A DNA stretch of 64,000 nt from the NCBI GenBank assembly GCA_035701285.1, contig DASSNT010000016.1, positions 724 to 64,723 on the forward strand, written 5' to 3'. The notes beneath the pieces were generated by a model. It saw only the letters and a program-made list of their open reading frames with translations, was not told the origin of the DNA and made no database searches. Position 1 is the first letter of the stretch; the number at the start of each line of letters is the position of its first letter. Of this stretch, positions 39,115-48,580 are shown in pieces. The position numbers and the translations under genes are program-made. The stretch comes from Gammaproteobacteria bacterium (GTDB lineage: Bacteria > Pseudomonadota > Gammaproteobacteria > Natronospirales > DASSBR01).

Positions 39115-39848
39115 CCGATCTGGCGATTATTGGCGGCACGGGCCTGACATCCCTGCCCGAACTGGAAATCACCCGCCGCGAAGTCGTTTACACGCCTTAT
39201 GGCCAGCCGTCCGGCCCGCTGACGCACGGCCGGCTCGGCGGCCGCGACATCGTCTTCCTGCCGCGCCACGGCTACGGCCACACGATCCCGCCGCACAAGG
39301 TGAACTATCGCGCCAACATCTGGGCGCTGAAAAACATCGGCGTCGGACGCATCCTGGCCGTGGCCTCTGTCGGTGGCATCCGCAAGGACATGGCGCCGGG
39401 TCACATCGCCTTTCCCGACCAGATTCTCGACTACACCTATGGCCGTGACCACACGTATTTCGAAGAGAACCTCGAACACGTGACGCATATCGACTTTACC
39501 TGGCCCTACGACGAGGAACTGCGCGGCGCGTTGCTGAAAGCGGCCGAGGCGGCGAAGCTGGAATTTGCGCCGGGCGGCGTTTACGGCGCGATGCAGGGGC
39601 CGCGGCTGGAAACGGCGGCCGAGGTGAACCGGCTGGAGCGCGACGGCTGCGACATGATCGGTATGACCGGGATGCCGGAAACGGCGCTGGCGCGCGAGCT
39701 GGGTCTCGCATACGCCTGCTGCGCGGTAGTCGCCAACTGGGCTGCCGGCCGCGGCGACAAGCCGATCCACGACGAATTGAAAGACAGCCTCCGCCACGGC
39801 ATGGACCAGGTGGGCCGCTTGCTGGCGGCTCTGATGCCATTGGTATAG
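39111..39848 (+). CDS. mtnP: S-methyl-5'-thioinosine / 5'-methylthioadenosine phosphorylase
   Basis: ATGA overlap with hpt-like gene. 'IIGGTGL', 'FLPRHGYGHTIPPHKVNYRANIWALK', 'GMTGMPE'. Confidence 0.88.
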   Translation: MTDLAIIGGTGLTSLPELEITRREVVYTPYGQPSGPLTHGRLGGRDIVFLPRHGYGHTIPPHKVNYRANIWALKNIGVGRILAVASVGGIRKDMAPGHIAFPDQILDYTYGRDHTYFEENLEHVTHIDFTWPYDEELRGALLKAAEAAKLEFAPGGVYGAMQGPRLETAAEVNRLERDGCDMIGMTGMPETALARELGLAYACCAVVANWAAGRGDKPIHDELKDSLRHGMDQVGRLLAALMPLV

Positions 39849-39899
39849 ACGCCGCGGATCCCCAACAGCGCCTTCATGACGCCGGATCTGTAACCTTGG

Positions 39900-40835
39900 C
39901 TAGGGAAACTCCGGCTGCGCTGCCGCGGCCGGCGGCTCTACCGGACGGACTTGAACGATGACGCCAAACAGGGGGTGGTCGAAGTAGTTGACCGCGTTCG
40001 GATCGACCGTGCGCGACTCGTTCATGACGACCGCCTGCGGCTCCGGCGGCATCGGCTGATAGTACGGCCCGAACCTGATCACCGGCGCCGGTCCCGCGTT
40101 CGCCGTTGACGGCGCGGCGAATTCGCCGGTCGATGAATGCCACGTTTTGAGCGCCGCCGGATTCACCGGCCGGTACGCAATATTCAGCGCCAGATGCAGG
40201 AAGCGATCAAAAGCCAGTTTGATCGTACCGAACGCCGGCGCCGTCGGCGGAGCGATCTTTTCCTTCGATGCAGCAGCCGCCTTGACCGGCCGTTGCGAGC
40301 TCGCCGGGAGCGGCACTCGGCCGGTGTCTGAATAGACCGCCGCTACCGTCGGCAGATTGGTGGAGGCCGGCGCCACCAGCGGCGTGATGGAAACCGTCGG
40401 TGCTTTGCCGCGCGGCAGCCCTTTCTCGATCCAGCCGGTGTGAATCAAGGTCTCGTAGCGCCCTGATCGTTTGAGCTGATTCCAGACGCCCTGCAGTTGA
40501 TATTGCGTGTCGGACAGGGGGAGTACCCGCTTTCCCGGCCCGATCGTGGCAGCCATGGCCGGTGTCGTTGCCGTCGACGTTAACGGGAAGGTTGCCGTAC
40601 CGCCGACGGGTGCCGGGGCAGTCGGTACGACCGCGTCCTTGAGATTCGGCAATTGCGGATCGGCCGGCCACATTTCGTCGCTGCCTGCCATATTCGCAGT
40701 GGGGCGAAAGACGATGACCTCGACCGCGAACCAGTGCTGGTCCTTTTTTTTGTCGGATTGCCCTGCAAAGGCAGCGCCGGCTGCCGCGACGGCGATAATC
40801 GCCGCTAAAGCGAGTCGAACAAATTTCATCATCAC
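39900..40835 (-). CDS. Secreted protein, CsiV (DUF2803)-like
   Basis: Signal peptide, 'WFAVEVIVFRP' start of the mature protein, Pro/Ala-rich. Sits 23 nt downstream of mfd, as csiV does in Vibrio. Family call from memory. Confidence 0.55.
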   Translation of the reverse strand: MMMKFVRLALAAIIAVAAAGAAFAGQSDKKKDQHWFAVEVIVFRPTANMAGSDEMWPADPQLPNLKDAVVPTAPAPVGGTATFPLTSTATTPAMAATIGPGKRVLPLSDTQYQLQGVWNQLKRSGRYETLIHTGWIEKGLPRGKAPTVSITPLVAPASTNLPTVAAVYSDTGRVPLPASSQRPVKAAAASKEKIAPPTAPAFGTIKLAFDRFLHLALNIAYRPVNPAALKTWHSSTGEFAAPSTANAGPAPVIRFGPYYQPMPPEPQAVVMNESRTVDPNAVNYFDHPLFGVIVQVRPVEPPAAAAQPEFP

Positions 40836-40858
40836 TTCCCGATGTTGTAATTTCAGCT

Positions 40859-43800
40859 TTATGCCGCCTGGCGCAGTTCGAGCCGTTCCAGCAGCGCTTC
40901 CACTGCCGCGACCCGATCCGCCGGTTCCGGCATGCTCTGCGTAAACCTTAACTGATCGCCGCCCTGCAGTTTGTACTTTTTCGGCTGTTCCTGCACCAGC
41001 CGCAGAACTGTTTGCGGGTCGACCGCCGGCTGCGGTTCGAACAGCAGCCGCCCACTCTGGCCGCCGGCCTCAATTTTGCGTATGCCGATCGGCTTGGCCT
41101 TGAGCCGCAACTCGGCGAGGCGGAACAGGTTTTTGGCGGCGTCGGGCAGCAGTCCGAATCGGTCGATCATCTCGACCTGCAGGTCGTCAAGTTCTGTCGC
41201 CGTTTCCGCGCCGGCGATGCGCTTGTATAACACGAGCCGCATGTGCACATCCGGCATGTAGTCCGCCGGCAGCAGCGCGGGAATGCCCAGGTCGATTTCG
41301 GCTTCGCGATGCAGCGGCTGCTCCAGTTCCGGAATCTTGCCGGATTTTAACGCCTTAACGGCGCGGTCGAGCAAATCGGTGTAGAGACTGAAGCCGACTT
41401 CGTGAATCTGGCCGCTCTGTTCGGCGCCCAGCAACTCGCCGGCACCGCGGATTTCGAGGTCGTGGGTGGCGAGGGTGAAGCCTGCTCCGAGTTCATCGAG
41501 CGATGCAATCGCGTCGAGCCGTTTGACGGCATCCGGCGTCATCAGCTTGCGCGGCGGCGTGAGCATGTACGCGTAGGCGCGGTGGTGCGAGCGCCCGACG
41601 CGGCCCCGAAGCTGATGCAACTGCGCCAGGCCAAAATGGTCCGCGCGGTCGATGATGATCGTGTTCGCCGTCGGCACGTCAATGCCGTTTTCTATGATCG
41701 TCGAACAGACCAGCACGTTAAAGCGGCGATGATAGAAATCCAGCATCACCTGTTCGAGTTCGCGCTCGCGCATCTGGCCGTGCGCGACGCGCACCTCGGC
41801 TTCGGGCACCAGTTCGCGCAGGTTACGCGCGGCCTTTTCGATCGTCTCGACTTTATTGTGGACGAAGAACACCTGTCCGCCGCGCTTGATTTCGCGCGTG
41901 CAGGCTTCGACCACCAGCGCGTCGTTCCACTGGTTGACGAACGTCTTGACCGCCAGGCGCTCGGCAGGGGGCGTTGCGATAATCGACAAGTCGCGGATAC
42001 CTGCCAGCGCCATGTTGAGCGTGCGCGGAATTGGCGTCGCCGTCAGCGTCAGCACATCGACCTCGGCGCGCAGGCTCTTGAGCTTTTCCTTGTGGCGCAC
42101 GCCGAAACGCTGCTCCTCGTCGATGATGACAAGGCCGAGATTTTTAAATTTCAACCGGTCCTTTAGCAGCGCGTGCGTGCCGACGACAATGTCGACGTCG
42201 CCGCCTTCGAGGCTGTCGGCCACCTTGTTCTGAGCGGCTGCATTGCGAAACCGCGACATCACTTCGACACGCACCGGCCAGTCGGCGAAGCGATCCTGAA
42301 AGGTCTGAAAATGCTGTTGCGCGAGCAGGGTGGTGGGCGCGAGAACGGCCACCTGTTTGCCATCCTGAACGGCGATGAACGCGGCGCGCACTGCGACCTC
42401 GGTTTTACCGAAGCCGACATCGCCGCAAACGACGCGATCCATCGCGCGCGGCGAGTGCATGTCGTTGCGGACCTGCTCGATCGCCGTAAGCTGGTCCGGC
42501 GTTTCCTCGAACGGGAACGCCGACGCGAAGGTCCGGTAATCCGCGTCGTCGATCTTGAACGCGTGGCCGGTGTGGGCCGCGCGGCGCGCGTAGACGTCGA
42601 GCAACTCCGCCGCCACGTCGCGGGCCTGCTCGGCGGCGCGGCGCTTCGCCTTCGACCATTGGTCGCCGCCAAGCTTGTGTAACGGGGCGCTCTCGGGCGA
42701 GCCGCCGGTATAGCGGCTGATCAGGTGCAATTGCGCAACCGGCACATAGAGCTTGTCGCCGCCCGCGTATTCGAGCGTCAGAAATTCGGTTTCAACGTCC
42801 GAGACGGCGATTGTCTGCAGGCCGAGATAGCGGCCGACGCCATGATCTTCGTGAACGACCGGCGCGCCGACGCTGAGGTCGGTGAGATCGCGGATGATCT
42901 TGTCGGGATCGCGGCCGACGCGGCGCTGGCGACGCTGGCTGACACGCTCGCCGAACAGCTGGTCCTCAGTGATGACTGCCAGGTCGACGTCCGGCAGCAC
43001 CAGCCCTTTTTCGAGCGGCGTAACGGCGAGATTGAAGCGGGCGTCCCCGCGGACAAAGTCAGTCCAGCTTGCCGTCTGCCGAGGCGTGATGTCGCGGCGA
43101 CGCAGCAAGTTCGCGAGGCTCTCCCGGTGCCCTGCGGATTCGACCGCGAACAGTATGCGCGTGTCGGGATTCTCTGCGGCAAAACTCAGCAGCGCGCGCA
43201 ACGGTTCTTCCGCCCGCGTGTCCACCAGCAGCGATGGCGGCGCCTCGCTCTGATATTCGACCGCGTCACCGGCCGATGCCGTTTCAAATATCTGGATGGT
43301 CGCGCGCCCGGCGAACTCAGCCTGCAATACACCGGGCGCCACAAACGCTTCGGCCGGCGGCAGCAACGGCCGCTCGATATCGTGCCCGCGCTGTTCGAAC
43401 CGCTGGCCGATCTGTTCCCAGGTCTGCTGCAGAACGGTTTCCACGCCTTCCATCGTTGCGACGACCGCATTAGTCGGCAGGTAATCGCCGAGGTGGCAGG
43501 TCTCATCGAAAAACAGCGGCAGGTAATACTCGATGCCGCCGGGCGCAATGCCGTTGCTGATATCACGATAAATCTGGCTGCGCTGCGGGTCGCCTTCGAA
43601 GCGACTCCGGTAGCGCTGCCGAAAGCCGCGGATGCCGTCTTCATCGAGCGGAAACTCCCGTGCCGGCAGCAGGCGCACGCGCTCGAGCTTGTCGAGCGAC
43701 AACTGGTTTTCCGGATCGAACGTGCGCAGTGTGTCCAGTTCGTCGTCGAACAGGTCGAGCCGGTAGGGGGCCTCGGAACCCATCGGGAAGAGGTCGATCA

Positions 43801-44314
43801 GCGCGCCGCGCACGGCGAACTCGCCATGCTCCATCACCTGCGAGACGCAGCGATACCCGGCCGTTTCGAGCCGTGCGCGCAGCGTTTCCGGGTCGAGTTT
43901 CTGGCCCACTTCCAGGACCAGCGAATTGGTCGCCACGTAAGGTTTCGGCGGAAGCCGTTCCAGCAGCGTCGGCGCCGCCGCCAGCACGATGCCACGCTCA
44001 AGCTGGCTCAGCGCGAACAGGGCGCTCAAGCGGTCGGAGACGATGTCCTGATGACTGGAAAAAATATCGTAAGGCAGCGTTTCGCGGTCGCGGAAATGCA
44101 GCACCGGCAGCGTGCTGTCGCCGAGAAAATAGCGCAGCGCAGCGTCCAGGCGGTCGGCTTCACGGGCGCTTCGGGCGATGACGAGCAACGGCCCGCCAGC
44201 CTTGCGCGCGGCATGGGCGAGCGCGAGCGCCGCTGCGGATCCGTACAGGCCTTGCCAGGCGATACGCTGGCCGGATCGGGGCAGGGCGGGGTCGTTTAGC
44301 TTGGCAACGGGCAT
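40859..44314 (-). CDS. mfd: Transcription-repair coupling factor
   Basis: 1151 aa. 'VCGDVGFGKTEVA' Walker A, 'IIDEEQRFGV' DEEQ box, RecG-like translocase and UvrB-homology regions. Confidence 0.97.
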   Translation of the reverse strand: MPVAKLNDPALPRSGQRIAWQGLYGSAAALALAHAARKAGGPLLVIARSAREADRLDAALRYFLGDSTLPVLHFRDRETLPYDIFSSHQDIVSDRLSALFALSQLERGIVLAAAPTLLERLPPKPYVATNSLVLEVGQKLDPETLRARLETAGYRCVSQVMEHGEFAVRGALIDLFPMGSEAPYRLDLFDDELDTLRTFDPENQLSLDKLERVRLLPAREFPLDEDGIRGFRQRYRSRFEGDPQRSQIYRDISNGIAPGGIEYYLPLFFDETCHLGDYLPTNAVVATMEGVETVLQQTWEQIGQRFEQRGHDIERPLLPPAEAFVAPGVLQAEFAGRATIQIFETASAGDAVEYQSEAPPSLLVDTRAEEPLRALLSFAAENPDTRILFAVESAGHRESLANLLRRRDITPRQTASWTDFVRGDARFNLAVTPLEKGLVLPDVDLAVITEDQLFGERVSQRRQRRVGRDPDKIIRDLTDLSVGAPVVHEDHGVGRYLGLQTIAVSDVETEFLTLEYAGGDKLYVPVAQLHLISRYTGGSPESAPLHKLGGDQWSKAKRRAAEQARDVAAELLDVYARRAAHTGHAFKIDDADYRTFASAFPFEETPDQLTAIEQVRNDMHSPRAMDRVVCGDVGFGKTEVAVRAAFIAVQDGKQVAVLAPTTLLAQQHFQTFQDRFADWPVRVEVMSRFRNAAAQNKVADSLEGGDVDIVVGTHALLKDRLKFKNLGLVIIDEEQRFGVRHKEKLKSLRAEVDVLTLTATPIPRTLNMALAGIRDLSIIATPPAERLAVKTFVNQWNDALVVEACTREIKRGGQVFFVHNKVETIEKAARNLRELVPEAEVRVAHGQMRERELEQVMLDFYHRRFNVLVCSTIIENGIDVPTANTIIIDRADHFGLAQLHQLRGRVGRSHHRAYAYMLTPPRKLMTPDAVKRLDAIASLDELGAGFTLATHDLEIRGAGELLGAEQSGQIHEVGFSLYTDLLDRAVKALKSGKIPELEQPLHREAEIDLGIPALLPADYMPDVHMRLVLYKRIAGAETATELDDLQVEMIDRFGLLPDAAKNLFRLAELRLKAKPIGIRKIEAGGQSGRLLFEPQPAVDPQTVLRLVQEQPKKYKLQGGDQLRFTQSMPEPADRVAAVEALLERLELRQAA

Positions 44315-44400
44315 TCAGCGGAAAGGGTGATTTCAGGACCGCCTATTATCGCATACGGCCGCGGCGGCGATGGGCGCGGCCGGCTGCAACCCGCGGCATC

Positions 44401-44442
44401 TTGACGTACGTAGAACAGCCATGTATAACGGCATCATGTATA
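44401..44442 (+). promoter_or_regulatory. Candidate sigma70 promoter with overlapping 8-bp direct repeat (possible PadR operator)
   Basis: TTGACG (44401-44406), 17 nt, TATAAC (44424-44429). 'catgtata' at 44420-44427 and 44435-44442 (15-bp period), straddling the -10. Confidence 0.45.
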
Positions 44443-44469
44443 GCGAACCGAAGGCTGGATGGCAAAACG

Positions 44470-44847
44470 ATGGAAATCAATAAGGACCTGATCGCGGCTT
44501 CGTCGACGCCGATCGTGCTGGCGATCCTGGCCGAGGAAGACAGCTACGGCTACGCCATTCTCAAGCGCGTTCGCGACTTGTCCGGCGGGCGGATGGAGTG
44601 GACCGACGGGATGCTGTACCCCGTCCTGCATCGGCTCGAACGGCTCGGCCACATCAAGGCGCGGTGGGAGGTGGCGGACAGCGGCCGCCGTCGCAAGTAC
44701 TATCGGATTACGCGCCCCGGCCGCGAGCAGCTCGTCGAGGAGCACCGGCAGTGGCAAGCGGTGGACGCAACGCTGCGCGGCATCTGGAAGGGGCTTTCTC
44801 TTGCCGGCGGCACGTCCCTGACTGCGCACTGCCCGCAGGGCGCCTGA
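44470..44847 (+). CDS. PadR-family transcriptional regulator
   Basis: Start ATG 44470 ('MEINKD'). 'PIVLAILAEEDSYGYAILKRV', 'GMLYPVLHRLERLGHI', 'RRKYYRITRPGRE'. Confidence 0.9.
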   Translation: MEINKDLIAASSTPIVLAILAEEDSYGYAILKRVRDLSGGRMEWTDGMLYPVLHRLERLGHIKARWEVADSGRRRKYYRITRPGREQLVEEHRQWQAVDATLRGIWKGLSLAGGTSLTAHCPQGA

Positions 44848-44850
44848 GCG

Positions 44851-46236
44851 ATGGCCGCTGCCGGCCATGTCGTATCGCTGGAGGAGCAGATTGAGCTTTG
44901 GCGGAGTTACCTTCGCCGCCGTCAGGCGATCCATTCGATCGACATTGCGGAGCTTGAAGATCATCTGCGTGAGCAGGTAGCGGTGCTGGGCGAGGCGGGG
45001 CTCGCCGCCGATGAAGCGTTCCTGGTGGCGGTCAAGCGCATGGGTGACCTCGATGCGCTTTCGCGCGAGTTCGCGCGCGAGCATTCGGACCGTCTCTGGA
45101 AGCAGCTCGTGATGGTTTCACCGGACACCGGCGCCCCTGCGCGAGCCCGAACGGATGCCATCGTCGCTTTCTGCCTCGCGGTTGCTGCGGCGGTGGCTAT
45201 CAAGGTGCCGGCGCTGTTCGGGATGGAGCTGGAGCAGGGCGCCGGCTTTTACGCCCGCAACCTGAGTCTCTTCGTGCTACCCCTGCTGACCGGCTACTTT
45301 GTCTGGAAGAGGCAGCTCGAAATCCGCGTGCTTCGCTGGCTGGTCGTGGCGTTCGTTGCGGCCGGTGTATTCGCCAATATTTATCCGTTCGTTTCAGGCG
45401 GCGATACTGGCGCGCTCAGCGACACGGCGGCGCTTACCGCGCTGCACCTGCCGATCGCGCTCTGGCTGATAACAGGCATGGCGTACGCGGGTGACCGGTG
45501 GGGTCAGACCGGCGGCCGCATGGACTTCATCCGCTTCTCGGGCGAGTTCTTTATCTACTACGTGCTGATCGCCCTTGGCGGCGGCGTGCTGATGGGATTC
45601 ACGGCGCTGATTTTCGAGTCGATTTCGATCGACATCGAGCCCTTTTTCCAGTCGTGGCTGCTGCCGTGCGGCGTGGTGGGGGCGGTGCTGGTCGGGGCCT
45701 GGCTGGTGGAGGCCAAGCAAAGCGTGATCGAGAACATGGCGCCGGTGTTGACGCGCCTTTTTACGCCTCTTTTCGCCGCGGCGCTGGTCACGTTCCTCGG
45801 AACGCTGCTGTGGACCGGGCGCGGCGTCGACATCGATCGCAACGTGCTGATCGCATTCGACCTGCTGCTGGTGGTGGTCCTGGGCCTGCTGCTTTATTCG
45901 GTGTCGGCGCGGGATTCTGGGATGCCGCCCGACGCGTTTGATGTGCTGCAGGTCGTGCTGGTAGTCAGCGCGCTGGTGGCCGATGCCGTCGCGCTGTGGG
46001 CCATTGCCGCGCGCATCACCGAATTCGGCTTTACACCCAACCGGGTGGCCGCGCTGGGCGAAAACGCGATTCTCCTGGTGAATCTGGCGTGGTCGGCCGT
46101 CCTCTACATCCGCTTCCTGCGCGGGCGTGGATCGTTCTCAAGCCTGGAGCAATGGCAGACGGACTACCTGCCGGTCTACGCGGCGTGGGCGGCGATAGTG
46201 GTGATCGCGTTTCCGCCGGCCTTCGGGTACATCTGA
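44851..46236 (+). CDS. PadR-associated polytopic membrane protein (N-terminal soluble helical prefix plus about 10 TM, DUF4153-like)
   Basis: Starts 4 nt after the padR stop. N-terminal 'IELWRSYLRRRQAI...IAELEDHLREQV' resembles the permease-prefix domain found next to PadR genes. The remainder is hydrophobic. Confidence 0.7.
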   Translation: MAAAGHVVSLEEQIELWRSYLRRRQAIHSIDIAELEDHLREQVAVLGEAGLAADEAFLVAVKRMGDLDALSREFAREHSDRLWKQLVMVSPDTGAPARARTDAIVAFCLAVAAAVAIKVPALFGMELEQGAGFYARNLSLFVLPLLTGYFVWKRQLEIRVLRWLVVAFVAAGVFANIYPFVSGGDTGALSDTAALTALHLPIALWLITGMAYAGDRWGQTGGRMDFIRFSGEFFIYYVLIALGGGVLMGFTALIFESISIDIEPFFQSWLLPCGVVGAVLVGAWLVEAKQSVIENMAPVLTRLFTPLFAAALVTFLGTLLWTGRGVDIDRNVLIAFDLLLVVVLGLLLYSVSARDSGMPPDAFDVLQVVLVVSALVADAVALWAIAARITEFGFTPNRVAALGENAILLVNLAWSAVLYIRFLRGRGSFSSLEQWQTDYLPVYAAWAAIVVIAFPPAFGYI

Positions 46237-46249
46237 TCGGCGTCCCGTC

Positions 46250-47146
46250 TCAATCCCGGAAACGTCTCAACAGATCCTCGTAGGCGTCGATCCGCCGATC
46301 GCGGAAATACGGCCAGATGCGGCGGACGTCTTCCGAGCGCGCGAGATCGATATCCGCTATCAGCACGTCCGGTTGATCAGCCGGCGACTGCGCCAGAATC
46401 TCGCCCTGCGGACCACAGACGAAGCTTGAGCCCCAGAACTCGATGCCGTGCTGTTCGTTGGCCGGATCGGGCTCGAAGCCAATGCGGTTGCAGGCGAGGA
46501 CGGGGAGGCCATTGGCGATGGCGTGGCCACGCTGGATCGTCGTCCAGGCGTCGCGCTGGCGGGTCTGCTCGTCGTTCTTGTCCTCTGCTGACCAGCCGAT
46601 AGCGGTCGGGTAGAGGAGCATGTCGGCGCCGGCAAGCGCCATCAGGCGCGCGGCCTCCGGATACCACTGGTCCCAGCAGACCAGCACCCCGAGTTTGCCG
46701 ACCGAGGTTTCCACCGGCTGAAAGCCCAGGTCGCCCGGGGTAAAGTAAAACTTTTCGTAGTAGCCCGGGTCATCGGGAATGTGCATCTTCCGGTAGCGCC
46801 CGGCGATGGTGCCGTCCGTTTCGATGACGGCGGCAGTGTTGTGATAAATCCCCGGCGCGCGCCGTTCGAACAGTGAGGCGATGATTACAGCATTGAGCTC
46901 CCGTGCGACTTCGCCCAGCTTTTCAGTGGTCGGACCGGGAATCGACTCGGCCCAGTCGAACGCCTCAGTGTCTTCGCGCTGGCAGAAGTAGGGGCCGGCG
47001 TGAAGCTCCTGCAACAACACCAGGCGCGCACCTTCTTTGGCGGCCTTGCGGATGCCGTCGATCGTTTCAGCCAGGTTGGCTTCGCGATCCGACCCGCAGG
47101 CGTGCTGGACCAGCGCGACGCGCAGCCGGTTATTCGTCCTTTCCAA
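46250..47146 (-). CDS. aguB: N-carbamoylputrescine amidase
   Basis: CN-hydrolase motifs 'LVLLQELH', 'RYRKMHIPD', 'LGVLVCWDQWYPE'. Start placed at TTG 47146 (GGAGGG 6 nt upstream); GTG 47176 is the ORF-track alternative. Confidence 0.88.
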   Translation of the reverse strand: MERTNNRLRVALVQHACGSDREANLAETIDGIRKAAKEGARLVLLQELHAGPYFCQREDTEAFDWAESIPGPTTEKLGEVARELNAVIIASLFERRAPGIYHNTAAVIETDGTIAGRYRKMHIPDDPGYYEKFYFTPGDLGFQPVETSVGKLGVLVCWDQWYPEAARLMALAGADMLLYPTAIGWSAEDKNDEQTRQRDAWTTIQRGHAIANGLPVLACNRIGFEPDPANEQHGIEFWGSSFVCGPQGEILAQSPADQPDVLIADIDLARSEDVRRIWPYFRDRRIDAYEDLLRRFRD

Positions 47147-48197
47147 GTACGCCCTCCGGAAGTTGCATGGTGACACAATGCAGACTGCCGAACTGGTGAA
47201 TCAGCGGCAGACAATCAATGGTAATAGTGTCGCGTCCGGGGAAGCAGCCGGCAATCGACTCGCGCGCGATTTCGTCCGCCGGATCGTCATACGCCGGCAC
47301 GAGCACGGCGCCGTTGATGATCAGGAAATTGGCATAGCTGGCTGGCAGCCGCTGACCGTGCGCGTCATGGATTGGCCGCGGCGATGGCAGTGGCACCAGC
47401 CGGTAGGGCTCGCCGTTAATGTTAGTTATAGCATTAAGTTTCGCAGCCATCTTACGGAGTTCAAGGCAGTTTTCGTCGCCGGAATCGGCACAAGCCTGGT
47501 AAAGAATCGTGCCTGGATCGGCGAAGCGGGCGAGGGTGTCGATATGGCTGTCGGTGTCATCGCCGGCCAGCGCCCCGTGTTCGAGCCACAGGACCCGCTC
47601 AATCCCCAGCAGCTCGCGCAGCCGGGCTTCGATGTCGATGCGGTTCAGCTCCGGATTGCGGCTCGGCTGCAGCAGGCATCGGCTGGTGGTGAGAAGCGTG
47701 CCCGCGCCATCCGTATCAATACTGCCGCCTTCGAGCACCATGGCCGCGGTCTCCACCGGGGTGGCCCCGAAGCAGCCGGCCGCGGCGAGTTCGCCGGTGA
47801 TGCGGTTGTCGCGCTCGGCCGGAAATTTATTGCCCCAGCCGTTGAAGGTGAAATCGAGGAGGCGCGGACCAGTCGCGGTCTGGACGCTGATGGGACCATG
47901 GTCGCGCGCCCAGGTATCGTTTGAGGGCGCGATGGTGATCGTCACCCGGCGCATCTCGCCGCCGGCCGTGGCGAGCAGGCCGCGCACATGTGCCTGATGC
48001 GCCGCATCGGCGGCGACAATCAGGACCCGTTCACGATGGCTGATTTCGCAGGCGAGATGGGTGAAGACGCGCTCGACCGGTCCCAGCATCGAAGTCCAGG
48101 GACCGTCTCTGCGCGGCCACGTGAGCAGAACGCCGCTTTGCGGTTCCCACTCGGCCGGCAGCCTGCGCGCAACGGAAGCGTCAGTCGCCGTGGCCAC
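47130..48197 (-). CDS. aguA: Agmatine deiminase
   Basis: 'PAEWEPQSGVLLTWP', 'NDTWARDHGP', 'FNGWG', 'GSLHCVTMQLP' (catalytic Cys). Confidence 0.93.
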   Translation of the reverse strand: MATATDASVARRLPAEWEPQSGVLLTWPRRDGPWTSMLGPVERVFTHLACEISHRERVLIVAADAAHQAHVRGLLATAGGEMRRVTITIAPSNDTWARDHGPISVQTATGPRLLDFTFNGWGNKFPAERDNRITGELAAAGCFGATPVETAAMVLEGGSIDTDGAGTLLTTSRCLLQPSRNPELNRIDIEARLRELLGIERVLWLEHGALAGDDTDSHIDTLARFADPGTILYQACADSGDENCLELRKMAAKLNAITNINGEPYRLVPLPSPRPIHDAHGQRLPASYANFLIINGAVLVPAYDDPADEIARESIAGCFPGRDTITIDCLPLIHQFGSLHCVTMQLPEGVLGKDE

Positions 48198-48495
48198 TCA
48201 CGATCTTGGTCACGGGCGCGGGCGGCGCGTCGTGAAAAGGCTTGTCCTTGGACACCGTGTGCAGAACGATGTTGTGCTCGAAATACACGACGTAATCGGT
48301 GTAGATCCAGCGCGCAATGGGCGGCTCGCCGACCGCGGGCACTTTTTTGACCGGCGCGCCGAAAATCTGCTCGACATTCTGCATCGTCATGCCGTGAACC
48401 GGCTGGTTCACCGAGGGCGTTGCCTGATCGGCAACGGCCGCTACCGGCATCGCCAGCAGCGCGCAGAAGATCAAAACGTTCAGGTTTGCTTTCAT
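48181..48495 (-). CDS. Small secreted hypothetical protein
   Basis: Start ATG 48495 ('MKANLNVLIFCALLAMPVAAVA' signal peptide). 104 aa. 17-nt overlap with the aguA start. No family recognised. Confidence 0.65.
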   Translation of the reverse strand: MKANLNVLIFCALLAMPVAAVADQATPSVNQPVHGMTMQNVEQIFGAPVKKVPAVGEPPIARWIYTDYVVYFEHNIVLHTVSKDKPFHDAPPAPVTKIVSGHGD

Positions 48496-48580
48496 GGCCG
48501 CCTCCCATAGCCTTGGCCTGCGGAAATATAGCATATTCAATCAGCCGCGAATTTACCGTTTATGGTTTAATAGCGACCCT

